A DNA stretch of 32,000 nucleotides from Erysipelotrichaceae bacterium. Lineage in GTDB: Bacteria > Bacillota_I > Bacilli_A > Erysipelotrichales > Erysipelotrichaceae. Within the stretch, counting starts at the first letter, position 1. Each line of letters begins with the position of its first letter. The stretch covers positions 180,001-212,000 of the forward strand of contig JAUVVC010000004.1 in NCBI GenBank assembly GCA_030604855.1. The letters are read 5' to 3'. Under the pieces are notes generated by a model. That model did not search any database, had not been told where the DNA came from, and was given only the letters and a program-made list of their open reading frames with translations. A program made the translations under genes and the position numbers. Below, in pieces: positions 24,878 to 32,000 of this stretch.

Positions 24878-26179
24878 ATGGAACGTTATCATAAATTGTT
24901 AAACACAGAAGATTTGGGTTCGCACTTAGGTACGATCACCAAAGTGGTTGGGACCAAGCTTGAATCCAATGGACCCATCAGTAAGATTGGGGACATCTGT
25001 GAATTGAACACCTTGGATGGCAATCAGACCGTCATGGCTGAAGTAGTCGGAGTCGAAGGGTTAACCGTTCACTTGATGCCCTATCGTGATATCGATGGGA
25101 TTGGGTATGGAAGTGTTGTGAAGAATACAAAAACCGTACTAAAGATACCAGTGGGGGAAGCCTTGTTGGGTCGTATCGTGGATGCGATGGCACAACCCCT
25201 CGATGGTTTAGGACCTATCCAAGCTCAAGCCTGGTATTCCGTTAAAGGAAGTCCTTCGAACCCCTTCGACCGTCCTCGTATCACAGAGAAACTCTGCTTA
25301 GGCATTAAAGCCATTGATGGTTTGAATACCGTAGGCAAGGGTCAACGGATGGGTATCTTTGCGGGTTCTGGTGTGGGGAAATCCACCTTGATGGGTATGA
25401 TGGCCAAGACCGCTCAAGCCGATATCAACGTCATTGCGTTGGTGGGCGAACGTGGGCGTGAAGTCAATGAGTTCATTGAACGTGATCTGGGTGCAGAAGG
25501 TTTGAAACGATCCATTGTAGTTGTGGCGACATCCGACCAACCTGCCATGATGCGTAGTAAATGTGCACTTACCGCGACTACGATTGCGGAGTATTTCAAA
25601 GATCAAGGTAAAGATGTCTTCTTGATGATGGATTCTCTGACACGCTTTGCGATGGCAGAACGTGAGATTGGATTGAACATTGGAGAAGCACCGGTCGCGA
25701 GAGGTTATACACCGTCCATCTATGCGAGTTTACCCAAGTTGCTGGAGCGTGCTGGACGTTTTCAAAAAGGTTCCATCACAGGCTTGTATACCGTGCTTGT
25801 GGAAGGGGACGATGCGAATGAACCCATCAGTGATATCGTTCGAGGCATCATTGATGGACACTTGATGTTGTCGAGGAAGCTGGCGATGCAGAATCACTAC
25901 CCTGCGATTGATGTCTTGTCCAGCATCTCGCGTTTGATGACTGAAATCAGTGAACCTAAGGTCCTTAAAGCTGCTGGAAGTTTACGTCAGTTGATGGCTG
26001 TCCTACAAGCCAATGAGGATTTACTTTCAATAGGAGCTTACAAGAGTGGAGCCAATCCTAAGTTGGACGAAGCATTACGTAAACGCAGTCTCATCGAACG
26101 CTTCCTAATGCAAGCAACCCATGAGAATACAAGTTATGAGAGTACTTTACACTTGATTGAAGGCATCGTGAACGGATGA
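24878..26179 (+). CDS. fliI: Flagellum-specific ATPase FliI
   Basis: 433 aa. The Walker A motif is GSGVGKST. The Walker B context is VFLMMDSLTRFA. PAIDVLSSISR is present. Confidence 0.96.
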   Translation: MERYHKLLNTEDLGSHLGTITKVVGTKLESNGPISKIGDICELNTLDGNQTVMAEVVGVEGLTVHLMPYRDIDGIGYGSVVKNTKTVLKIPVGEALLGRIVDAMAQPLDGLGPIQAQAWYSVKGSPSNPFDRPRITEKLCLGIKAIDGLNTVGKGQRMGIFAGSGVGKSTLMGMMAKTAQADINVIALVGERGREVNEFIERDLGAEGLKRSIVVVATSDQPAMMRSKCALTATTIAEYFKDQGKDVFLMMDSLTRFAMAEREIGLNIGEAPVARGYTPSIYASLPKLLERAGRFQKGSITGLYTVLVEGDDANEPISDIVRGIIDGHLMLSRKLAMQNHYPAIDVLSSISRLMTEISEPKVLKAAGSLRQLMAVLQANEDLLSIGAYKSGANPKLDEALRKRSLIERFLMQATHENTSYESTLHLIEGIVNG

Positions 26180-26604
26180 AGACATTCCCACTCGCAAAAG
26201 TCCAAGCCATACGGCAGATTGAAATGGACCAAGCCAAAAATGAGTTGTTGATGATACGACAGAACATTCAGGAAGTCCTTCAGACGATAGAACAACTAGA
26301 GCTTAAACAAAGAGTTCTATTGGATGATCGCAATCGCAAGCTAACGGAGGGAACCAATCCCTTTGATCTGAATCAAGATCAAGTAAAAATCAAAGCCCTA
26401 ACAGAGCTAAAGAAAACACATGAAAAGAAGTTACTTGAACTAAGGCAACTTGAAGAAAAAGGTTTAAAAGTGTTGTTGGAGAAGAAGCAGACCGTGAATG
26501 GTCTGGATAAGTTGAAAGACAAGTTCATAGACTATCAAGCACAAGAACATCGCAAGCAAGAAGCAGATTTCGTAGAATCCACATTGGTGCATAAATACAG
26601 GTGA
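26176..26604 (+). CDS. fliJ: Flagellar export chaperone/stalk protein FliJ
   Basis: 142 aa, entirely heptad-like and charged, consistent with a coiled coil. The start overlaps the fliI stop. The position after fliI is canonical. Confidence 0.8.
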   Translation: MKTFPLAKVQAIRQIEMDQAKNELLMIRQNIQEVLQTIEQLELKQRVLLDDRNRKLTEGTNPFDLNQDQVKIKALTELKKTHEKKLLELRQLEEKGLKVLLEKKQTVNGLDKLKDKFIDYQAQEHRKQEADFVESTLVHKYR

Positions 26605-26649
26605 TCACTCGAATGAGTTCACATAAATCAAAAGAAAGGAGGTGAAGAC

Positions 26650-27612
26650 ATGGAGACAATCAATCGAATCCCCATCCAACAAGCCATGTTTGTGCAAAGC
26701 AGTTCTACAACAGTTGTGAACAACGACTTCCAAACATTCCTGATGGAGCTCTTCAAAGAGGTTGAGACCGAAACAGAAACTCCAATCGTAGTGAGTACGG
26801 AAGAAAATCCGCTCATTGTGCAAGAAGAAGAAAGTTCTGAAACGGAACCGACTGAGATGGTACAGATTTTAGCCACACTGCCCAATTGGATCAATCTAAG
26901 TATCCCAAAAGCGGATATACCCGTTGAAGCAAAAAGCAATGTTGTTCAAACGGTAATCAAAGCAAATCAGAATGGTTCGATTCAAGTGCCAATCCAACAA
27001 GTAGTTAAACAGATTGATGAAGTTCAAACCAAGGAAGTTCCCAAAGAATTTGTTCAGATGATCAAAACGATTCAAAGTGATATCCAGAAGGTCGAATTTG
27101 AACCTGAAATCCAAGAGGCAAAACTGCACTTTGAACGCTTACGCAAACCAATGATTCAGGTTGTTCAAACAGAGAACACTCAAGCAAAGATTCCGGTCGA
27201 AGTAAGAAGTGTTGAAAAAGTGGTTCTACTGCAAGTTGAGCGGGCACACATCGATTTAAATGAGATCACGAGCATCATTAAGCAACACGATCAAAGTAAA
27301 GATGGGACCTATACCTTAAAGCTCAAGCCAGAGGGTATTGGGGAGATTGTGATCAAGTTTGAACAAAAGGAGAATACATTCAAGCTGACCTTACACAGCC
27401 CACGCCCAGAAGTACACAGTTTGTTTGAAAAAGTACTACCTGAACTCAAGAACCAAATGCAAGACATTCAATGGGAAGTTCAGTATGGACAGGGAGATGC
27501 GCAAAAGCATGGACGAGCGTTCCATCAGCACAAAGCCAAGTTCAAGCAGGAAGATGTGGAAGAGACATCGATGAACGTCCGTATCGATCATTATGATCGA
27601 AGCCAAACCTAG
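26650..27612 (+). CDS. fliK: Flagellar hook-length control protein FliK
   Basis: 320 aa. The N-terminal half is acidic and Gln/Val-rich and looks disordered. The C-terminal Flg_hook-like core is TYTLKLKPEGIGEIVIKFEQKENTFKLTLHSPRPEVHSLFEKVLPELKNQM. The SD is AAAGGAGGTGA. Confidence 0.8.
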   Translation: METINRIPIQQAMFVQSSSTTVVNNDFQTFLMELFKEVETETETPIVVSTEENPLIVQEEESSETEPTEMVQILATLPNWINLSIPKADIPVEAKSNVVQTVIKANQNGSIQVPIQQVVKQIDEVQTKEVPKEFVQMIKTIQSDIQKVEFEPEIQEAKLHFERLRKPMIQVVQTENTQAKIPVEVRSVEKVVLLQVERAHIDLNEITSIIKQHDQSKDGTYTLKLKPEGIGEIVIKFEQKENTFKLTLHSPRPEVHSLFEKVLPELKNQMQDIQWEVQYGQGDAQKHGRAFHQHKAKFKQEDVEETSMNVRIDHYDRSQT

Positions 27613-27624
27613 AAAGGAGGCAAC

Positions 27625-27996
27625 ATGAGTATCAATCCGATTTCAGCAGTATCAGAGCAAGAAGCAAAGAAGAAGAATACGATCAGTGTAGAGGGATTTC
27701 TAGAATTGATGGTCGCACAGTTGAAGAATCAAGATTTCAACAATCCTGTGGATGACACGCAGTACATGGCGCAAATGGCGCAATTCGCGAGTCTTCAAGC
27801 CATGCAAGACATGAGCGGATTCACACAATCCACCTATGCCATCGCATTGGTAGGAAAGTATGTCAGCGCACAAAAAGATGGGACTTTGATTGAAGGTGTC
27901 GTTACAAGCATCCAAAGAAACAACAAGACGTTTATGATTCAAATCGGGAATCAAAGCGTAAGCATCGAACAAATCACAGGAGTACACAGTGTATGA
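27625..27996 (+). CDS. flgD: Flagellar hook assembly/capping protein FlgD
   Basis: 123 aa. The segment FLELMVAQLKNQDFNNPVDDTQYMAQMAQFASLQAM matches the conserved FlgD N-domain. Confidence 0.9.
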   Translation: MSINPISAVSEQEAKKKNTISVEGFLELMVAQLKNQDFNNPVDDTQYMAQMAQFASLQAMQDMSGFTQSTYAIALVGKYVSAQKDGTLIEGVVTSIQRNNKTFMIQIGNQSVSIEQITGVHSV

Positions 27997-28370
27997 ATGA
28001 TCCCATCCAACAACTCAAGATTCGCTCGCTGAGTCAAGCACCCGTTGGGCAGAATCAGCGTCAAGTTCCGAATCAAGATTTCCAAGCATTGCTAGAAGAG
28101 CGTATCCGTTCAAACAGCTCTATTGAGTTTTCTAAGCATGCACTTAAACGTGTAGGCGAGAGAGACATCGATCTGAGTTTGAACCAACTAGAACGCTTGA
28201 ATCAAGGGGTTGCCTTGGCAAGTGCAAAAGGTCTGCACGATCCACTTATCTTAGTCGATCAAACCGCATTTGTGGTCAACGTACCCAACAACAAGGTCAT
28301 TACGACTTTGCATGAAGACGCCCTTAAAGGCAATGTCTTCACCAACATCGATGGCGCCGTCATCGTTTAG
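27993..28370 (+). CDS. Conserved 'flagellar operon protein' of unknown function (flg_new / TIGR02530 type)
   Basis: 125 aa. The segment IEFSKHALKRVGERDIDLSLNQLERLNQGVALASAKG...LILVDQTAFVVNVPNNKVITT resembles the small protein found between flgD and flgE in Clostridia-type operons. The start overlaps the flgD stop. Confidence 0.7.
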   Translation: MNDPIQQLKIRSLSQAPVGQNQRQVPNQDFQALLEERIRSNSSIEFSKHALKRVGERDIDLSLNQLERLNQGVALASAKGLHDPLILVDQTAFVVNVPNNKVITTLHEDALKGNVFTNIDGAVIV

Positions 28371-28394
28371 CCGGACATTTAAATGAGGCTAAAA

Positions 28395-28420
28395 CAAGTT
28401 TCGAATGACAGAGAAACTTG
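28395..28420 (+). promoter_or_regulatory. Intra-operon stem-loop upstream of flgE (no U-tract)
   Basis: CAAGTTTC (28395-28402) pairs with GAAACTTG (28413-28420) around a 10-nt loop. ACGCATACACCC follows, so it is not an intrinsic terminator. Confidence 0.4.
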
Positions 28421-28452
28421 ACGCATACACCCACAGAAAGGCAAATATTTAA

Positions 28453-30060
28453 ATGTTAAGATCCATGTATTCGGGCGTTTCAGGCATGAAAGCGCACCAA
28501 ACCAAACTCGATGTGATCGGGAATAATATCGCAAACGTGAACACCTACGGCTTTAAAAGCAGTCGTACGACTTTTTCAGAAGTTTATTATCAAACCGTTC
28601 GTTCCGCTTCCGGCGCAAGCGCCAACCAAGGGGGGATGAATGCCTCTCAAATCGGGTATGGGGTCAACGTCGCCACGATTGATGTCATGCAGACACGCTC
28701 TGGTTTCCAAATGACCGATAACGGCATGGACGTGGCCATTTCAGGTGAAGGCTTCTTCCAAGTTCAAAACAGTGATGGAAGCACCTTCTATACACGTGCT
28801 GGGATGATTCGTATCGATGCCAATGGCAACCTAGTGGATCAGAATGGGAACTTTGTCTTAGGGGTCAGTGGAGACCCATTGGGTAAACCTGCAACCAGTG
28901 ACAAGATTCAAATCACGGTACCCGCAAACATGGCCATCCAATCTTCCACAACAGAATACATCAATGGCAAGAGCTTCACGATTGAAGCACAAAATCCAAC
29001 CAAAGATGGAAACATAGCGTTCAACTTTGCAAGCAGTGATCGCTTGCCATTAGGTCAAAAGTTGATTGCACAGATCAGTTCATCCGGCATCAATATCGTT
29101 CTAAACAAGAATGAAATGTTTGAAAGTTTGACCGAACTCAATAATCAAATCAATCTGGCTATCAAAGAAGCCTATGGGGGTAAAGAACACCCAGCAGGTG
29201 CTTTTACCATTAAATTGAATGAAGGTGAAATCACCTGGCCACTCTCTGGACAAACGATTGCCAGTACAGACTATAACCCAACATTGGGATCGGTTGTGCT
29301 GCCTTCTGAACTTGAACAATTAGGGTTTGCCTTTAATAATGTTTCAACGAAGTTCAGTGGCTCGGGAGATTTAAGTGCACAGCTCAGATACGATTTGACG
29401 AATGATGCATACGTGCTAACGGTGAAAAGCAATGGGGTTGAATACAGTGGTAAGATTCCCGCTTCAGCAGTGGGATCCGGTTCAATCAAACTGGGCAGTG
29501 ATCCTGATTCAATCGAACTGAAACATCCAGGATATACGGCTCTTCATTCAGCACGAACACTCATGGGATTGGCAGATGGAGAAGACATGATTGATTCAAC
29601 AGAATTGGGATCGGCTGTCGCATCCCAAGCCAGTAAATCTTTGGGCTTTGGATCCAAAGCCTTTAGTCTGCGTGATGGGACCTTGGGGGGACCTCAAACC
29701 GTATCCGATTTGATAAACATCGGGATTGGTTCAGACGGGATCATCTCAGCCATACACAACCAATTGGGTTTGATCAATGTTGGACGCATCGACTTGGCAA
29801 CCTTCGCCAACCCTCAAGGTTTGACCCAATCTGGAAACACCTACTTCTCCGTATCGGCGAACTCAGGGACTGTGAAAATCGTCAATGCAGGCTTTGAAGG
29901 AGCAGGTGCACTCCAAGCAGGCGCCTTGGAAATGTCCAATGTGGATTTATCCAAAGAATTTGCGGACATGATCACCACCCAACGTGGTTTCCAAGCCAGT
30001 TCGCGCTTGATTACAGTATCCGATGAAATCCTTAACGAACTCGTTAACTTGAAGAGGTAA
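28453..30060 (+). CDS. flgE: Flagellar hook protein FlgE (enlarged, 535 aa)
   Basis: The N-terminus is MLRSMYSGVSGMKAHQTKLDVIGNNIANVNTYGFK. The C-terminus is LEMSNVDLSKEFADMITTQRGFQASSRLITVSDEILNELVNL. Residues ~145-415 form a long variable central region. Confidence 0.94.
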   Translation: MLRSMYSGVSGMKAHQTKLDVIGNNIANVNTYGFKSSRTTFSEVYYQTVRSASGASANQGGMNASQIGYGVNVATIDVMQTRSGFQMTDNGMDVAISGEGFFQVQNSDGSTFYTRAGMIRIDANGNLVDQNGNFVLGVSGDPLGKPATSDKIQITVPANMAIQSSTTEYINGKSFTIEAQNPTKDGNIAFNFASSDRLPLGQKLIAQISSSGINIVLNKNEMFESLTELNNQINLAIKEAYGGKEHPAGAFTIKLNEGEITWPLSGQTIASTDYNPTLGSVVLPSELEQLGFAFNNVSTKFSGSGDLSAQLRYDLTNDAYVLTVKSNGVEYSGKIPASAVGSGSIKLGSDPDSIELKHPGYTALHSARTLMGLADGEDMIDSTELGSAVASQASKSLGFGSKAFSLRDGTLGGPQTVSDLINIGIGSDGIISAIHNQLGLINVGRIDLATFANPQGLTQSGNTYFSVSANSGTVKIVNAGFEGAGALQAGALEMSNVDLSKEFADMITTQRGFQASSRLITVSDEILNELVNLKR

Positions 30061-30062
30061 TT

Positions 30063-30266
30063 ATGATTGAACTAACACGCTTAAATGGCATCCACTTCGT
30101 CCTTAATGAAGACTTGATTGAAACGGTCCAAGAGAATCCGGACACGACCATCTATCTTACCAACGGGAATCTCTACATCGTTCAAGAATCCATGCATGAA
30201 GTCATTGAACGTTGTGTCAAATACAAGAGAGCCATCAACCAGGATTCTTTGAAGAGCAAGGATTAG
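30063..30266 (+). CDS. flbD: Flagellar protein FlbD (SwrD-like)
   Basis: 67 aa. The sequence MIELTRLNGIHFVLNEDLIETVQENPDTTIYLTNGNLYIVQES is typical of FlbD. It lies between flgE and motA. Confidence 0.9.
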   Translation: MIELTRLNGIHFVLNEDLIETVQENPDTTIYLTNGNLYIVQESMHEVIERCVKYKRAINQDSLKSKD

Positions 30267-30270
30267 CCCT

Positions 30271-31098
30271 ATGGATATCATAGGCATTGTCGGATTGGTG
30301 ATGGCCTTGGTTCTGATGGTCTTTGGGGTGACCTTCAGCATGACCACAGGCATCAACTTCGCCAATCTGATTAACTTTATCGATTACCCCAGCGTCGCGA
30401 TCACCATTGGTGGGACCTTCGCGGTCTTGATGATTTCCTTCCCCGTGGAAAGTTTCATCAAGATTCCAAAGCATTTGAAAATCGTCTTCATGCCTGAGAA
30501 ATACGATCCGATGTCATACATTACGAGCTTGACGGAGTTTGCGAAGGAAGCGCGTATCAAAGGACTTCTCTCCATTGAAAGTAAATTGGCGGGGGTTAAG
30601 GATGATTTCCTTAAACGCAGTCTGATGTTGGTGGTGGATTCCATCGATGCCGAAAAAGTCCATCAAATCTTAGATGATGAGCTCAACTACATTGAAGAGC
30701 GCCATGTGTCGGATATTGAGTTCTACCAAAAGGGAGGTGCTTATGCACCGGCCTTCGGGATGATAGGGACTTTGATAGGTTTGGTAAACATGCTTCAACA
30801 GATGTCGAATCCGGATAGTATCGGACCGGCCATGGCTGTGGCCTTGCTTACGACTTTGTATGGATCAATGTTGGCCAATATCTTCTTCATTCCCATCGCC
30901 AATAAGTTGAAGATTCGACATGATGAAGAAATGGTGTGTAAACTCATTGTGGCGGATGGGGTCAGAGCCATCCAAGCGGGTGAGAACCCACGTTTTATCG
31001 AAGAAAAACTATTGCTTCTTGTAGAATCTAAAAAACGTAGTGGTGAAGCCAAAGATGGCAAGAAGAAAGCCGTACAGACCAAGAAAGTAACGGCATAA
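30271..31098 (+). CDS. motA: Flagellar stator protein MotA
   Basis: 275 aa with four TM segments. The conserved C-terminal channel region is AFGMIGTLIGLVNML...ALLTTLYGSMLANIFFIPIANKL. Confidence 0.94.
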   Translation: MDIIGIVGLVMALVLMVFGVTFSMTTGINFANLINFIDYPSVAITIGGTFAVLMISFPVESFIKIPKHLKIVFMPEKYDPMSYITSLTEFAKEARIKGLLSIESKLAGVKDDFLKRSLMLVVDSIDAEKVHQILDDELNYIEERHVSDIEFYQKGGAYAPAFGMIGTLIGLVNMLQQMSNPDSIGPAMAVALLTTLYGSMLANIFFIPIANKLKIRHDEEMVCKLIVADGVRAIQAGENPRFIEEKLLLLVESKKRSGEAKDGKKKAVQTKKVTA

Positions 31099-31099
31099 C

Positions 31100-31879
31100 A
31101 TGGCACGTCAGAAACGTAAGCCTTCTGATGGAGGCGGCAATGAATGGTTGAACACCTATGCCGATATGGTCACCTTATTGTTGTGTTTCTTCATCCTCTT
31201 ATTCACGATGTCATCCGTAGATGCGGAGAAGTGGCAAGCCTTACTTAGAACCTTTCAAAACAGTGGTGAAACCAACCAAGTGGTTGTGGTTCCTGGAGAT
31301 GATGGGGATGAGAAAGCAGGGAATACGGAGACCGTAGGGGATCTGACCTTTCTAAAGGAAGAGATTGAAAGAACCATTGCGGAGAGTGGCTTTGTCGGTG
31401 ATGTGGAATTTGTTGGAAATGAGCACATTCTCTTCATCCGATTCTCAAACAACCTGCTCTTTGATGGGGACAGTGCTCTTCTTAAGTCGAGCACCATCAC
31501 GTTCCTGAATGCGATTGGAGAATCTTTCAAATCGTATGAGGAAGATATCCTCTTCATTCGCATCAACGGACATACCGCAGAAGTGAGTGATCGCATCAAT
31601 GTCGTGTCGGATCGAAAACTTAGTACAGATCGAGCTAACGCGGTGCTGATGTATCTTGAAGATGTGAAACAGATTGAACCACGTAAACTGATCGCCATGG
31701 GCTACGGTAAGAATTACCCCTTGGCGCCTAATGAGGATGAAATCGGTCGCGCACGCAACCGCCGTGTTGAGATCTTAGTGATGAGCATCGATTATGAAAG
31801 CAATGAAGCATCGAATCTGTTTCAAATTCTAAGTGGTGAGTTTGATATCAACACTTACAATCAATTCTTAAACGAATAA
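31100..31879 (+). CDS. motB: Flagellar stator protein MotB (OmpA-like peptidoglycan-binding C-terminus)
   Basis: 259 aa. The plug/TM region is EWLNTYADMVTLLLCFFILLF, with the conserved Asp. The OmpA-like motifs are LSTDRANAV and ARNRRVEIL. Confidence 0.93.
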   Translation: MARQKRKPSDGGGNEWLNTYADMVTLLLCFFILLFTMSSVDAEKWQALLRTFQNSGETNQVVVVPGDDGDEKAGNTETVGDLTFLKEEIERTIAESGFVGDVEFVGNEHILFIRFSNNLLFDGDSALLKSSTITFLNAIGESFKSYEEDILFIRINGHTAEVSDRINVVSDRKLSTDRANAVLMYLEDVKQIEPRKLIAMGYGKNYPLAPNEDEIGRARNRRVEILVMSIDYESNEASNLFQILSGEFDINTYNQFLNE

Positions 31880-31890
31880 GGAGCCAGCCC

Positions 31891-32000
31891 ATGGACATTA
31901 CCAATCAACTACAAGATCAACTTCCCTTGAGCTTTGCCCAGCACGCAAGTCTGCGTTATTGGGGAAAAATCATTCAGGAACAATTACATAGCCGTACGGA
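31891..32000 (+). CDS. Start of an unrecognised ORF immediately downstream of motB (truncated by window end)
   Basis: The ATG at 31891 lies 7 nt after the SD AAGGAG, which overlaps the motB stop. The frame is open to the window edge. The translation MDITNQLQDQLPLSFAQHASLRYWGKIIQEQLHSRT has no TM helix and no family I recognise. Confidence 0.45.
   Translation, partial: MDITNQLQDQLPLSFAQHASLRYWGKIIQEQLHSRT

Noticed and set aside
1-32000. Defence systems, toxin-antitoxin pairs, CRISPR arrays, integrases/transposases, tRNA/rRNA genes, prophage remnants
   Set aside because: I looked for these and found none. Every substantial ORF is assigned to a housekeeping, carbohydrate or flagellar family. 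No repeat-spacer pattern, terminal inverted repeats or recombinase motifs were seen, and all genes share one orientation with short gaps.

Overview
This window looks like core chromosome from a moderately AT-rich Bacillota (Firmicutes) genome. I call 35 protein genes, all on the + strand and tightly packed. I saw no tRNA, rRNA, CRISPR array, IS element or phage remnant. The window has five blocks. (1) The 3' end of an ispD/tarI-family gene plus a small lipoprotein gene. (2) rpsF-ssb-rpsR, then yybS-gdpP-rplI-dnaB as in Bacillus. This runs without gaps into an M23/LysM/G5 peptidase gene, walJ(yycJ), htrA and rlmH. (3) A self-contained ptsH (HPr) gene. (4) An intracellular alpha-glucan cluster: pgm-glgB-glgP-MFS-pullulanase. 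(5) The first ~11.4 kb of a flagellar operon, flgB-flgC-fliE-fliF-fliG-fliH-fliI-fliJ-fliK-flgD-(flagellar operon protein)-flgE-flbD-motA-motB, followed by the start of an unrecognised ORF. I do not see a defence island, a mobile element or an obviously new multi-gene system, and nearly every ORF belongs to a recognisable conserved family. The observations most worth follow-up are regulatory or organisational. They include an orphan ptsH with a near-consensus cre box next to a glycogen cluster that lacks glgC/D/A and contains an embedded MFS gene. They also include a dnaB-coupled peptidase-walJ-htrA-rlmH unit with no walRKHI, and a 363-bp AT-rich region with a 14-bp perfect palindrome upstream of flgB. 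Others are an enlarged FlgE, an unknown ORF where fliL is expected, a tandemly duplicated terminator, and an SD-sequestering rpsF leader. All functional calls rest on motif recognition by eye and on synteny; no database search was run.
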